64,000 nucleotides of DNA, taken from assembly GCA_035311445.1 (NCBI GenBank), contig DATGCX010000027.1, forward strand, positions 9,218-73,217, read 5' to 3'. Within the stretch, counting starts at the first letter, position 1. The number at the start of each line of letters is the position of its first letter. This stretch comes from Xanthobacteraceae bacterium. GTDB lineage: Bacteria; Pseudomonadota; Alphaproteobacteria; Rhizobiales; Xanthobacteraceae. A model generated the notes under the pieces. It did no database searches. It worked only from the letters and a program-made list of their open reading frames with translations, and was not told the DNA's origin. The position numbers and the translations under genes were made by a program. Of this stretch, positions 38,929 through 49,169 are shown in pieces.

Positions 38929-40074
38929 ATGACGCGCGCGTTTCGTTCGCCACTCATTGGCGCCTGCCTGTTGCTTGGGCTGGCGGGCTGTGCCCGTGTG
39001 TGGTTCGCGGAGCGGGAGCCGTGGCGGCGCGAGGCTGAGATCTTCTGTTTGAGGTCGGGCGTCGTGAAGGAAGGTCCCTCCGTCGCGATCATCAAGGCAA
39101 TCGACGGCCCGGGGGTATGCGGCGCCGACTACCCGTTTCGCGTTGCGGCGTTGGGCGACCCTGCGCTGGTCAGCTTTGCGGACGAGGTGATGCGTCCGAC
39201 TGGGGCGATCCGGGTTACGCCGGATTATCTGCGTGCGTCACCGTCCGCTCCCTCGCCTACGGCTCCGGCGCACCCGTCAGCGCCCGATGTGCCAAGTCAA
39301 ACTTACGCGGCGGGCCAGAGCTACGCGCCACCACCGACCACGCCGTCAGGTGTGCCGTTGTCGCTCGCGTCGCCCGATCTTTACGCGCGACAGCATGCCG
39401 CGATCCGCGCTCCCGCCGAACAGGCGCCGATCGGGCGCCAGGCGAATGCAGCCGTTACCGCGCGCCCAGCGACCGTAATGCCGGCCGCGACTCTGGCCTG
39501 TCCGCTGGTTTCCATGCTCGATCGCTTCGCAAGCGACTCGGTGCAGCCTGCGGCAATGCGCTGGTTCGGCCAGCCACTAGTGGAGATCAAGCAGATATCG
39601 GCGTACTCGTGTCGCGGCATGAACGGCGATTCCAACGCACGCATTTCCGAGCACGCATTCGGCAACGCCCTGGACATTGCGGCCTTCACGCTCGCCGACG
39701 GGCGCGTGATCACCGTCAAGGACGGCTGGCACGGCGCACCTGAAGAGCAAGCCTTCCTGCGCGACGTGCACGGTGCGGCCTGCAGGTTGTTCACGACCGT
39801 GCTGGCGCCGGGCTCCAATGCGTACCACTATGATCACATGCATGTGGATTTGATGCGGCGCCCGAGCGGCCATGTCGTCTGCGAGCCTGCTGCCACCCCG
39901 GGCGAAGCCGCATTTGCCCACGCCGGCGGACGCTATGCCCATACGCAGCAGGCGGAGGCGCCCGACACAGGATTGTCCGCCACGCGCCGTTATCCGCCTC
40001 CGGCACCGTGGGCTTCGGCGGAACGGCCTGACGCGCGAGACCGCAGGCGATGGGCGGTGGCGGGCGAGGATTAA
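38929..40074 (+). CDS. extensin-like family protein (extensin-like C-terminal domain)
   Basis: Lipoprotein-like start LIGACLLLGLAGC, a Pro-rich middle, and C-terminal ISEHAFGNALDIAAF...HYDHMHVDL. Confidence 0.8.
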   Translation: MTRAFRSPLIGACLLLGLAGCARVWFAEREPWRREAEIFCLRSGVVKEGPSVAIIKAIDGPGVCGADYPFRVAALGDPALVSFADEVMRPTGAIRVTPDYLRASPSAPSPTAPAHPSAPDVPSQTYAAGQSYAPPPTTPSGVPLSLASPDLYARQHAAIRAPAEQAPIGRQANAAVTARPATVMPAATLACPLVSMLDRFASDSVQPAAMRWFGQPLVEIKQISAYSCRGMNGDSNARISEHAFGNALDIAAFTLADGRVITVKDGWHGAPEEQAFLRDVHGAACRLFTTVLAPGSNAYHYDHMHVDLMRRPSGHVVCEPAATPGEAAFAHAGGRYAHTQQAEAPDTGLSATRRYPPPAPWASAERPDARDRRRWAVAGED

Positions 40075-40140
40075 CCAGAATGTCACTTCTTACGAAGATC
40101 AACCTGCCTGAAGTACCATCACCTGCTTCAACTGGGTGAT

Positions 40141-40200
40141 CCAGTAATCCTCGCGATGCCGCGGGGTACTCGATTCCCATTTTCGCGGGAATGACACTGG
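40141..40200. repeat. palindromic repeat unit (gtcattcccgcgaaaatgggaat... family)
   Basis: ccagtaatcctcgcgatgccgcggggtactcgattcccattttcgcgggaatgacactgg contains two short hairpins. It resembles a repeat I recall as abundant in Bradyrhizobium/Rhodopseudomonas intergenic regions. Confidence 0.5.
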
Positions 40201-40238
40201 AGAATGGGTGGTGCCGTACCGACGATTCGCAGTCGCCG

Positions 40239-41003
40239 TCATCCGGCTGGATCGAGGCCCTTGGCCCGGAATACTGGCGCCGCGGAAGGCGTGGTGAGAA
40301 ACTTGATCAACGCGTTGGCGGCTTCCGCTTGCCGCGCGTTCACACCGACGGCCGCCGCAAAGGAAGTGGTGAGCTGAATTTCCTTCGGAAACGGGCCGAC
40401 CAGTTCGGCACCATCATAGGGGAGGATCTCGCTGATCTGGGTCATGCCGATTTCAGCTTCGCCATTGGCGATGGCATGAGCGGCGGGATTTTCGGGCGGC
40501 AGGAGCCTCACCTTGTCCTTGAGAGCATCTGCGATGCCAAGCCGCTGCAGCAGCGCCTTGAGATAGATGCCGGTACCACCCTGCTCTACATAGGCGACCG
40601 ATTTGGCATTGAGGAGCGCCGCCTTGAAGGCGTCGACACTGCTGATATCCGGTTTGGGTGCACCCTTACGGACCGCGACGCCGGCGACCGAATTCGCAAG
40701 CGCCGCGCGCGTTGCGCCGGCGAGCTTGCCTTGCCGGATAAGATCATCGATCGCAGCGGTGGTGAGCACCGCAACGTCAAACGTTGCGCCCTTCTCAATC
40801 TCGGCCTTCAACGGCACAGCGGCACCCCAGGTGAAAACAAGCTTGTGCTCGGTGGTTTTCTCGAACGCCGGCGCGAGCTGTTCCAGCGTCGTCTTGAGCG
40901 CATTGGAGCTGATCACCTTGATCTCGGCGCCGCTCGCCGGAATGTTGGTTGCGACCATCATGGCAAATCCGACCACGGCGGCAGTCATCGTCGTTTGTTT
41001 CAT
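40239..41003 (-). CDS. orphan ModA-like periplasmic substrate-binding protein
   Basis: Signal AAVVGFAMMVATNIPASGA, then IKVISSNALKTTLEQLAPAFEK......F.WG in a ModA-type PBP2 fold pattern. No cognate permease or ATPase is adjacent. Confidence 0.75.
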   Translation of the reverse strand: MKQTTMTAAVVGFAMMVATNIPASGAEIKVISSNALKTTLEQLAPAFEKTTEHKLVFTWGAAVPLKAEIEKGATFDVAVLTTAAIDDLIRQGKLAGATRAALANSVAGVAVRKGAPKPDISSVDAFKAALLNAKSVAYVEQGGTGIYLKALLQRLGIADALKDKVRLLPPENPAAHAIANGEAEIGMTQISEILPYDGAELVGPFPKEIQLTTSFAAAVGVNARQAEAANALIKFLTTPSAAPVFRAKGLDPAG

Positions 41004-41243
41004 GGTTTTTCCTCCCTCTTAATCGGCATGCGCGCCGGACAGATTTGCGACATGTGCGTGCAGGATAGCACGCGCCGGACCGCCGTTGGCAACGCACCGC
41101 CCCGATTGCAAGCCGGCATCATCGCGCATGCGACAACATGCTTCACCTCTTATCAACCACTCAAACCGTACCAATATTTCACACGCATGTTGCGGTCGAA
41201 CTCTGCCCCGAATCCGGGGCATGGCCGCTTCGAGGAGGACTTC

Positions 41244-42209
41244 ATGTTCCGCACGATTTTTCGTGCCGTGACGACTGCCGTGATCGTTGCGGCAACGATC
41301 GGTTTTCTGGCGTCCAGCGCCGACGCGCGCATCGGCGGGGGCCTGAGCTCGGGCAGCCGGGGAACGCGCACGTTTTCGGCTCCGCCCCCGACCTCGACCA
41401 TGCCGTCGACGTCCACGATGCAGCGCACCGTCACCCCGAACACACAGCCGAATTTCACCAGTCCGCGGCCCGGCTTCGCTCCTGGCAGCTTCTTCGGGCG
41501 TTCGGGGTTCTGGGGCGGGCTCGCCGCAGGTTTTCTCGGCGCCGGTCTGTTCGGCCTGCTGTTCGGCCACGGCTTCCTGGGTGGACTCGGCGGCATCGTG
41601 TCGTTTCTCGGGCTTATCTTCCAGCTCGGCCTGATCGCGCTGGTCGCGATGTTCCTGTGGCGTTGGTTCCAGCGCCGCAATGAGCCGGCCTACGCCGGAT
41701 CGTCCTATACGGGATCCCTCTACCGCAATTCGATGGTCAACCCGTTCAGCACGACCGGATCAGGTGGCGGGTACGGGTCGGGCAGTGCTGGCGCCGCACA
41801 GCGCAGCGACGATGTCGGCATCACGGGCACTGATTATGATGCCTTCGAGCGCTTACTCGGCGAGATACAGACCGCCTACAGCAACGAGGACATCAATGCG
41901 TTGCGGGCGCGCGCCACACCCGAAATGGTGTCTTATTTCTCCGAGGATCTGGCACAGAATGCGAGCAGCGGCGTCGTCAACCGCGTCTCGGATGTCAAGC
42001 TCCTGCAGGGCGATCTTGCGGAGGCTTGGCGCGAGAGTGGTACTGATTATGCGACCGTCAGCATGCGCTTTGCGTTGAACGACACTATGGTCGACCGCGC
42101 CAGCGGTCGGGTTGTCGAGGGCGGGCCGCAAGAGGTCAGCGAGGCATGGACCTTCCGACGCACCGCGGGCCGGCCTTGGATCCTGTCAGCTATCCAGCAG
42201 GCGCGCTAG
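41244..42209 (+). CDS. Tim44-like domain membrane protein
   Basis: ATG 41244 preceded by GAGGAGG. Signal, a Gly-rich TM segment, and C-terminal DYDAFERLLGEIQTAYSNEDINALRARATPEMVSYF...WTFRR Tim44-type domain. The upstream 351 codons of ORF 40191..42209 are antisense to the SBP gene. Confidence 0.8.
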   Translation: MFRTIFRAVTTAVIVAATIGFLASSADARIGGGLSSGSRGTRTFSAPPPTSTMPSTSTMQRTVTPNTQPNFTSPRPGFAPGSFFGRSGFWGGLAAGFLGAGLFGLLFGHGFLGGLGGIVSFLGLIFQLGLIALVAMFLWRWFQRRNEPAYAGSSYTGSLYRNSMVNPFSTTGSGGGYGSGSAGAAQRSDDVGITGTDYDAFERLLGEIQTAYSNEDINALRARATPEMVSYFSEDLAQNASSGVVNRVSDVKLLQGDLAEAWRESGTDYATVSMRFALNDTMVDRASGRVVEGGPQEVSEAWTFRRTAGRPWILSAIQQAR

Positions 42210-42452
42210 ATCGGATTTTCGACCACCTCGCTACACATACAGCCATTGTCGCCGGGCTTGTCCCGGCGACAAATGCTTTTTGAGGCACAGCAAAAATATT
42301 CCGGGTGGTCTCGACACCCCCGCAATTTATCACCCCTCCGGCCGGCGACGGCTGGAGAGGTAACGTTTTTGTTAACCTTAATGAACCTTGGGAACCATCG
42401 GTGCGACCAATACTTATATACCCATGTAGCGTACGACAATCAGGAAGCCGCC

Positions 42453-42764
42453 ATGACTACGCTCCGCGCCCGCCTCTGCATCGGACTTGCGATCTCAGCC
42501 GCGGTCGTTCTCGGCAGCATACCCGCTTCCGGCGCGCAGCCCATGGGACCGGTCCAGTCCGCAACTGCGCCGAACGGTTTGCCGGCCGCCCGTTGCTCAC
42601 GCCCCGCCGATCAGGAAGCGCTCCGCATCAAGCAGCTCGTCGAATTCGTTGAAAAGTCGCGCGCTATGGCGGCACAGAACCCGCTGCTGCTGGCAGATGT
42701 CGGCTATTACGAGGCCGAGCTCGCCGCGAGCCGCCGCTGCCTCCAAAACGTTGCGGCCAGGTAG
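42453..42764 (+). CDS. small secreted hypothetical protein
   Basis: MTTLRARLCIGLAISAAVVLGSIPASGA signal. 103 aa with no recognisable domain. Confidence 0.5.
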   Translation: MTTLRARLCIGLAISAAVVLGSIPASGAQPMGPVQSATAPNGLPAARCSRPADQEALRIKQLVEFVEKSRAMAAQNPLLLADVGYYEAELAASRRCLQNVAAR

Positions 42765-42864
42765 CAAGCCTCGCCGCCAATTTCGGAATGCGCGTGTGAT
42801 GCCATTTTAGTTTAGTCGCGCTGGTGCGAGGGTTGTCGTGCCGCGCAGCGGCGATCTGATGGGC

Positions 42865-45800
42865 TTACGCCTTGCCGTATCCGCCCGCGGTCGGAGTCTG
42901 GATGATGACCGCCTCGCCGGCCGCCAGCGTGGTGGCGTCGGCGCCCTGCAGGCGCTCCAGGCGGCCGTCGAGGCGGCGCACCCAATTCTCGCCGATCTGA
43001 CCCGGCTCGCCGCCGGCGAGCCCGAACGGCCGCACGCGGCGGTGGCCGGACAGGATGGTGCATTCCATGGCCTCAAGAAACCTGATGGTGCGGCGTACCC
43101 CGTCGCCGGCATGCCATTTGCCGCGTCCGCCAGAGCCGGCACGGATATGGAAATCCTCAAGCAGCACCGGGTAGCGGAATTCCAGCACCTCCGGATCGGT
43201 GAGGCGCGTATTCGTCATGTGGGTGTGCACAGCGTCGGTGCCATCAAAGCCCGGCCCCGCCGGCGAGCCGGAGCAGATCGTCTCGTAGTATTGGTGGCGC
43301 GCGTTGCCGAAATTGAGGTTGTTCATGGTGCCCTGGGCGGCCGCGAGCGCGCCGAGCGCTCCGAACAGCGTATTGGTCACCGCCTGGCTCACCTCCACAT
43401 TCCCGGCGACCACGGCGGCCGGATATTCCGGCGACAACATCGAGCGCGCCGGGATGACGATATTGATCGGCCGCAGGCAGCCCGCATTCATCGGGATGTC
43501 ATCGTCCACCATGACGCGAAACACGTAGAGCACAGCTGCACGCGTCACCGGCTCGGGCGCGTTGAAATTGGTCGGCTGCTGCGGCGAGGTGCCGGTGAAG
43601 TCGACGGTCGCCTCGCGCTTTTTCTTGTCGACCGTGATTTTCACCCGGATCACGGCGCCCTGGTCCATCTCGTAGACAAATTCGGAATCATGCAGCCGGT
43701 CGATGACGCGGCGCACGCTTTCGGCGGCATTGTCCTGCACATGCTGCATGTAGGCCTTCACCACAGGAAGCGTGAACTCGGCTGTCATCTTACGCAGCTC
43801 CTGCACGCCCTTTTCGTTGGCGGCAATTTGGGCCTTGAGATCGTTAACGTTCTGCAGCGCATTGCGGACCGGGTATTTCGCGCTGGTCAGCAGCGCATAG
43901 AGCTCCGCCTCATGGAAATGTCCGCGGTCAACCACTTTGAAATTGTCGATGTAGACGCCTTCCTCCTCGATGGTCGTGGCGTTCGGCGACATCGAACCCG
44001 GCGAGATGCCACCCACGTCGGCGTGGTGGCCGCGGCTTGCGACCCAAAACAGGATATCCTGCTCGGCGTCGTCGAACACCGGCGTGCAGACCGTAATGTC
44101 CGGCAGATGCGTGCCGCCGTTATATGGCGCGTTGATCACGTAGACATCGCCCGGCCGGATGCGGCCGGCGTTTTCCCGGATGATGGTCTCGACCGCACGG
44201 TCCATGGAACCGAGATGCACCGGCAGGTGCGGCGCATTGGCGACCAGGCTGCCGTCGTGCGCGAACACCGCACAGGAGAAGTCGAGCCGCTCCTTGATGT
44301 TGACCGAATAGGCTGTGTTCTGCAGCGATACGCCCATCTGTTCGGCGATCGACATGAAGAGGTTGTTGAACACTTCGAGCATTACCGGATCGGCCTCGGT
44401 CCCGATGGCGTGGCCGCGCGCGAGCGGCACGGCGCGAGAGAGCACGAGATGGTTCTTGTTCGTAAGGTCCGCCTGCCAGCCGTTCTCGACCACGATGGTC
44501 TGGTGCTGCTCGATGATGACCGCGGGACCCGTGACCTTGTGGCCGGGAGCGAGCTGGTCGCGCGTGTAGACCTCGGCCTCGCGCCATGCGCTTGCAGCGA
44601 AGAAACGCGTGTGCTTCGTAGGTGCCGGGAGCGGCACCCGGGCGGTCGCCAGCACCGGCTCGGAAAAATTCGCGCCGCCGCCAATGGCCTCGACCGATGC
44701 GGCTTCGACCACGAGCTCCTTGGTGGAATCGATGAAGCCGAAGCGCGCTTTGTGGGCGGCTTCGAACGCGGATTTCAGCTTTGCGAGCATTGATTCCTCC
44801 CCTCCCCCTTTTGGGGAGGGGTCGGAGGGGGGGGGCGACGCGTGTCGCGCGGCCGTGCCAAAACCCCCCGCCCCCCCACCCTGACCCTCCCCCACAAGGG
44901 GGGAGGGAGAAAAGGCGTCTCGCTCATCACCAAGACTTCCCTGGGGAGGTGAAGCGTACGCCGGCACGACCAGTGCCGTGTCGGTGCCGGCATAGCGAAT
45001 ATGCGCGCGCACGTGCACGACGATGTTTGCGTCCGACACGCCCTGGCCGTTCACCTCGGCGCGCGCCTCTGCGCCAAGCCGCGCGCCCACGGCCTTGATC
45101 GACGTGAGCGCCACATCCCCAAGCGTTTCCTCGATCGCCTGCTGCCGAGTCGCCCTGATGTCCGCCAGGCCCATGCCGTAGGCGGACATCAGGGAGGAAA
45201 ACGGATGGATCAGCACCGTGGTCATGCCGAGCGCGTCGGCGACCAGGCAGGCATGCTGGCCCCCGGCACCACCGAAGCAATTGAGCGCGTAGCGGGTCAC
45301 GTCGTAGCCCCGCTGCACGGAAATCTTCTTGATCGCGTTCGCCATGTTCTCGACCGCGATCCGGATGAAGCCGTCCGCAATGTCCTCCGCGCTGCGCTCG
45401 CCGCCGAGGCTACGGTTTACTTCGCCCGCCAGGGCCGCGAACGCAGCTCCCACCGCGTCAGCATCGAGCGGCTGATCCTGCCTGGGTCCGAAAATATACG
45501 GGAAGAAATCCGGCATCAGCTTGCCGAGCATCACGTTGGCGTCGGTGACGGCAAGCGGCCCGCCGCGGCGGTAGCATTTCGGGCCCGGATTGGCGCCGGC
45601 CGAATCCGGGCCGACGCGAAAGCGCGCTCCGTCAAAATGCAGGATCGAGCCGCCGCCCGCCGCGACCGTGTGAATCATCATCATCGGGGCGCGCATGCGC
45701 ACGCCCGCGACCTCGGTCTCGAAGGCGCGCTCGTATTCGCCGTCGAAGTGCGAGACATCGGTCGAGGTGCCGCCCATGTCAAAGCCGATGAGGCGGGGAA

Positions 45801-46824
45801 AGCCCGCCTCGCGCCCGGTCTGCGCCATCCCGACCACGCCGCCAGCTGGTCCCGACAGGATCGCGTCCTTGCCCTGAAACAGCTCTGCGGACGTCAGCCC
45901 GCCAGACGACATCATGAACATGAGGCGGACTTCTTCACCTCTCCCCGCTTGCGGGGAGAGGTCGCCCCGTCCCATCCCTCCCCCGCTTGTGCGGGAGGAA
46001 AGAGACGGGGCGGGTGAAGGGGGCTCTCCCCGCGCCTGAGCTGGTGGAGCGGCCCCCTCACCCCGACCCTCTCCCCGCAAGCGGGGAGAGGGAGAAGAAA
46101 GCTCTCCCACAATGGCGGGGGGAGAAGTCAGTTCCTCCGCTACGCTGGCCACATAGCGCCGCAGGATCGGCGACAGGTAGGCATCGACCACCGTCGTGTC
46201 ACCCCGCCCCACTAGCTTGATCAGCGGCGAGACTTCGTGGCTGACCGAGACCTGCCGGAACTCCATGTTGCGAGCGAGCGCCGCGACCTGCCGCTCGTGC
46301 TCCGGATGGTGGTAGCTGTGCATGAACAAGATGGCGACCGCCTCAATGCCATCGGCTCGCGCGCGCTCAAGGTCGCTGCGAACAGCCGCCAGATCGGGCA
46401 CTGCCTCCACCGTGCCGTCGGCGCGCACCCGTTCGGCGATCTCGACCACACGCTCGAACAGCATGTCCGGCTTGATGATGTGGCGGGCAAAGATTTTCGG
46501 CCGTGCCTGGTAGCCTATCTTGAGGGCGTTGCGGAACCCTTTGGTGGTGACCAACAGCATGCGCTCGCCTTTGCGCTCCAACAACGCATTGGTAGCAACG
46601 GTGGTACCCATCTTGACGGCGCCGATCAGACCCGGCGGGATCGGCTCGCCGGAAGCAAGGCCGATCAGATTGCGGATGCCCTGGACCGCGGCATCGCGGT
46701 AGGCTTCAGGATTCTCGGACAGCAGCTTGTGAGCCGCGAGCGTGCCGTCTGGTCGCCGGCCGATCACGTCCGTGAACGTGCCGCCGCGGTCGATCCAGAA
46801 TTCCCATCGGGATGCTGTCGTCAT
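42865..46824 (-). CDS. fused hydantoinase A/B family 5-oxoprolinase (ATP-hydrolysing)
   Basis: ATG 46824 with GGAGG upstream. [21 protein letters not shown]...[12 protein letters not shown], and HyuB half motifs ([32 protein letters not shown]). 1319 aa, including two repeat-derived in-frame segments. Confidence 0.9.
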   Translation of the reverse strand: MTTASRWEFWIDRGGTFTDVIGRRPDGTLAAHKLLSENPEAYRDAAVQGIRNLIGLASGEPIPPGLIGAVKMGTTVATNALLERKGERMLLVTTKGFRNALKIGYQARPKIFARHIIKPDMLFERVVEIAERVRADGTVEAVPDLAAVRSDLERARADGIEAVAILFMHSYHHPEHERQVAALARNMEFRQVSVSHEVSPLIKLVGRGDTTVVDAYLSPILRRYVASVAEELTSPPAIVGELSSPSPRLRGEGRGEGAAPPAQARGEPPSPAPSLSSRTSGGGMGRGDLSPQAGRGEEVRLMFMMSSGGLTSAELFQGKDAILSGPAGGVVGMAQTGREAGFPRLIGFDMGGTSTDVSHFDGEYERAFETEVAGVRMRAPMMMIHTVAAGGGSILHFDGARFRVGPDSAGANPGPKCYRRGGPLAVTDANVMLGKLMPDFFPYIFGPRQDQPLDADAVGAAFAALAGEVNRSLGGERSAEDIADGFIRIAVENMANAIKKISVQRGYDVTRYALNCFGGAGGQHACLVADALGMTTVLIHPFSSLMSAYGMGLADIRATRQQAIEETLGDVALTSIKAVGARLGAEARAEVNGQGVSDANIVVHVRAHIRYAGTDTALVVPAYASPPQGSLGDERDAFSPSPLVGEGQGGGAGGFGTAARHASPPPSDPSPKGGGEESMLAKLKSAFEAAHKARFGFIDSTKELVVEAASVEAIGGGANFSEPVLATARVPLPAPTKHTRFFAASAWREAEVYTRDQLAPGHKVTGPAVIIEQHQTIVVENGWQADLTNKNHLVLSRAVPLARGHAIGTEADPVMLEVFNNLFMSIAEQMGVSLQNTAYSVNIKERLDFSCAVFAHDGSLVANAPHLPVHLGSMDRAVETIIRENAGRIRPGDVYVINAPYNGGTHLPDITVCTPVFDDAEQDILFWVASRGHHADVGGISPGSMSPNATTIEEEGVYIDNFKVVDRGHFHEAELYALLTSAKYPVRNALQNVNDLKAQIAANEKGVQELRKMTAEFTLPVVKAYMQHVQDNAAESVRRVIDRLHDSEFVYEMDQGAVIRVKITVDKKKREATVDFTGTSPQQPTNFNAPEPVTRAAVLYVFRVMVDDDIPMNAGCLRPINIVIPARSMLSPEYPAAVVAGNVEVSQAVTNTLFGALGALAAAQGTMNNLNFGNARHQYYETICSGSPAGPGFDGTDAVHTHMTNTRLTDPEVLEFRYPVLLEDFHIRAGSGGRGKWHAGDGVRRTIRFLEAMECTILSGHRRVRPFGLAGGEPGQIGENWVRRLDGRLERLQGADATTLAAGEAVIIQTPTAGGYGKA
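44791..44952. repeat. family-A nested palindromic element lying in frame inside the oxoprolinase CDS
   Basis: tcccctcccccttttggggaggggtcgg...ccctcccccacaaggggggagggag aligns by eye with the elements at 61561-61720 (same orientation) and 55758-55925 (inverted). It is translated as ...[40 protein letters not shown]. Confidence 0.8.
45931..46128. repeat. family-B nested palindromic element lying in frame inside the oxoprolinase CDS
   Basis: Terminal hairpins cctctccccgcttgcggggagagg (45938-45961) and ccctctccccgcaagcggggagaggg (46067-46092), plus an inner hairpin. It is translated as [66 protein letters not shown]. Confidence 0.8.
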
Positions 46825-46922
46825 CGCTTCATCGCCTCCGTGCGTGAAAGTGCGCGGAGCAAATAAGTCCCGCACGATTTTGTCCAATCATCGTTTCAGA
46901 TATTTCGATAAGATGAACTTGA

Positions 46923-47828
46923 TCACGCTCTTTCGCTTGGCGGCATCTCGCGCCCGACCTCAATGGCAATCTCGGCCACGTTCTGTGCCGCACGGTGGAC
47001 AGGTGCGTCCGGCCAACCCACAACGAAGTTGAGTTCGGGAAGTTCGATAGTGGTGTTCAAGCGGCGCAACCTTTCGCGCGCGTCGATTTTTTTTTCGATA
47101 ATAGCCGGCGGAATGACGGCAATCCCGATGCCATCAAGCGCCATGCGCACCACGGCTTCCAACGACGCACTGGCGTGGATGGTTGCGCGAAGACCCTCGC
47201 GGGCCAGCAGCTGCCGCAACGCCATATAAGGCTCGGTGTTGCGTGCGAAGGTGATGAGCGGCCACTTCACGATGTGTTCCAGCGCAATCGGCTCGCGCGG
47301 AAGCCCGAGCCTGTCGTCCGCGACGAATGCAACCGGGAACGAACACAATGGCCGGCTATGCACATTTTGACTATTGATGGGCCCAAGCAAGAATGCAAGG
47401 TCCAGATCCTTTGCAACTAGGCGGTCGCTCAGATAAGGCGATATATTAACGTCGATCTCGAACCCGAGATGAGGATAGGTCGCATTGACACGGGCGAACA
47501 GCACCGGCAGCCAAGTATGAACGATGCTTTCCGACACGCCGAGTCGTACGACGCCGCGCGCAGTCGAACGGCCGCTGATCTTCTCGATCATTTCACTGTA
47601 CATGCCGTTCAGCCGTTCAGCATGGACGAGTAGTTCGTGTCCCTCAGGCGTGAGCGCGGCGACCCGCCGACGATCCGTTTCTACCAAGCGGACATTGAGA
47701 AACTTCTCAAGCTTCTTGACGCGCTGCCAGACCGCCGGCTCGGCAGCGTTGAGTCTCTCCGCCGCTCGGGCGAAGCTGCGCAGATGGGCAACCCACATGA
47801 AAATTTCGAGACTCCTGAAATCAATCAT
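46923..47828 (-). CDS. LysR-family transcriptional regulator
   Basis: N-terminal wHTH (FRSLEIFMWVAHLRSFARAAERLN) and a LysR substrate-binding domain. It starts 6 nt after the MFS stop, on the same strand. Confidence 0.9.
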   Translation of the reverse strand: MIDFRSLEIFMWVAHLRSFARAAERLNAAEPAVWQRVKKLEKFLNVRLVETDRRRVAALTPEGHELLVHAERLNGMYSEMIEKISGRSTARGVVRLGVSESIVHTWLPVLFARVNATYPHLGFEIDVNISPYLSDRLVAKDLDLAFLLGPINSQNVHSRPLCSFPVAFVADDRLGLPREPIALEHIVKWPLITFARNTEPYMALRQLLAREGLRATIHASASLEAVVRMALDGIGIAVIPPAIIEKKIDARERLRRLNTTIELPELNFVVGWPDAPVHRAAQNVAEIAIEVGREMPPSERA

Positions 47829-47834
47829 CGGCGG

Positions 47835-49115
47835 TCATCCGGCTTCTGTGGTCAGCACACGACCTTTGGTTTCTGGGAGCAGCAACGCTGCAATGACCAG
47901 GAGACCGTACGCGATCAGGGCGAATACTCCCATCGATTGCCCAAGTGGCAGAACCGCGCTGAGCAGACCAACAAACCACGGGTTCAAAGCGGCAATGCCG
48001 CGCCCGAAATTGTAGGCGAAGCCTTGGCCGGAGCCGCGCATCCGGGTTGGGAACAATTCGGTCAGGAACGGGCCCATACCGGAGAAAACCCCAGAGGCGA
48101 AAAAGCCGAGCGGGAATCCAAGCACCAGCATCATGGCGTCGTTCACCGGGATCTGAGTGTAGGCGATCACGATGACGATCGAGCACACCGCAAACAGGAT
48201 GAAATTCGAGCGCCGCCCGATACGGTCATTGAGCCAGGCGCTAACCAGGTAGCCGATCAACGAGCCGACGATGATGACGGCGAGATAGCCGCCGCTTCCC
48301 AGTACTGTGAGATTGCGTTCGTCGCGCAGGAACCTCGGCAGCCAGGTGGTAATCGCGTAATAACCGCCCTGAGCGCCGGTCGACAACAGGCAGGTGAAAA
48401 TTGTGGTCTTCAGCATGGCGGGCGAGAAGATTTCGAGGAAGTCCGCTGTCTTGCCGGCCGTCGCGAGGTTTTGCCGCGTTTGCGCGAACACCGGCGGTTC
48501 ATCGACGAACCGCCGCACAAAGAACACCAGCACCGCCGGCGTCAGGCCAACCCAGAACAGCGCACGCCACGCGACCTCTTGGGAAAACACGCTGAACAAC
48601 AGCGTCGCCATCAGGGCGGCGATACCCCAGCCGGCTGCCCAGCCGCTTTGCATGGCCCCCACCGCTTTGCCACGGTGCTCGGAGCGGATTACCTCACCGA
48701 CCAGCACTGCGGCTGCCGCCCATTCGCCGCCAAAGCCGAGGCCCATGAGTGCGCGGAAGATGAAAAGCTCGGCGTAGCTTTGTGCAAAGCCGCACAGGAA
48801 CGTAAACGCCGCAAACCACGCGATCGTGATCTGCAGCGTGCGCACGCGGCCGAAACGATCCGACAGCGCGCCCGCGAACCAACCACCGAATGCCGAGGTC
48901 AGCAATGTTGCCGTGCCGATGAGCCCGACATCCGCATTGGTGATTGCGAAGCTCGCGATGATCGCCGGGATGGCAAAACTGAACATCTGTACGTCCATGG
49001 CGTCCAGAATCCAACCGCCGATGCAGGCCCAGAACGTGTTTTTCTCCCGAGCGCTCATCTCCGAATACCAGGTGGTCGGATGATGATCGCTCCTCGCTGT
49101 CGCTTGTACGGTCAT
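47835..49115 (-). CDS. MFS transporter
   Basis: 12 predicted helices and the MFS motif GALSDRFGRVRTL. I chose ATG 49115, which has GGGGGAGG upstream. Confidence 0.85.
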   Translation of the reverse strand: MTVQATARSDHHPTTWYSEMSAREKNTFWACIGGWILDAMDVQMFSFAIPAIIASFAITNADVGLIGTATLLTSAFGGWFAGALSDRFGRVRTLQITIAWFAAFTFLCGFAQSYAELFIFRALMGLGFGGEWAAAAVLVGEVIRSEHRGKAVGAMQSGWAAGWGIAALMATLLFSVFSQEVAWRALFWVGLTPAVLVFFVRRFVDEPPVFAQTRQNLATAGKTADFLEIFSPAMLKTTIFTCLLSTGAQGGYYAITTWLPRFLRDERNLTVLGSGGYLAVIIVGSLIGYLVSAWLNDRIGRRSNFILFAVCSIVIVIAYTQIPVNDAMMLVLGFPLGFFASGVFSGMGPFLTELFPTRMRGSGQGFAYNFGRGIAALNPWFVGLLSAVLPLGQSMGVFALIAYGLLVIAALLLPETKGRVLTTEAG

Positions 49116-49169
49116 ATTGTCCTCCCCCAGTGATTCGACGTGCATCGGCGTCGTTTATTTGTCGGGAAG

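Noticed and set aside
40191-41243. N-terminal 351 codons of ORF 40191..42209
   Set aside because: This part is antisense to the ModA-like SBP gene. The Tim44-like protein has a good RBS and signal peptide at the internal ATG 41244.
42838-44793. 651-aa plus-strand ORF (and 45001..46017, 338 aa) opposite the oxoprolinase gene
   Set aside because: It is antisense to a gene with clear family motifs. Its translation is Arg/Ala/Gly/His-rich with no motif. Long antisense ORFs are expected in high-GC genomes because stop codons are rare.
47637-49133. 498-aa plus-strand ORF opposite the MFS gene (and 56154..57344, 60882..61874, 20985..22145 opposite other transporter genes)
   Set aside because: Same reasoning: these are shadow ORFs with highly charged, motif-free translations.
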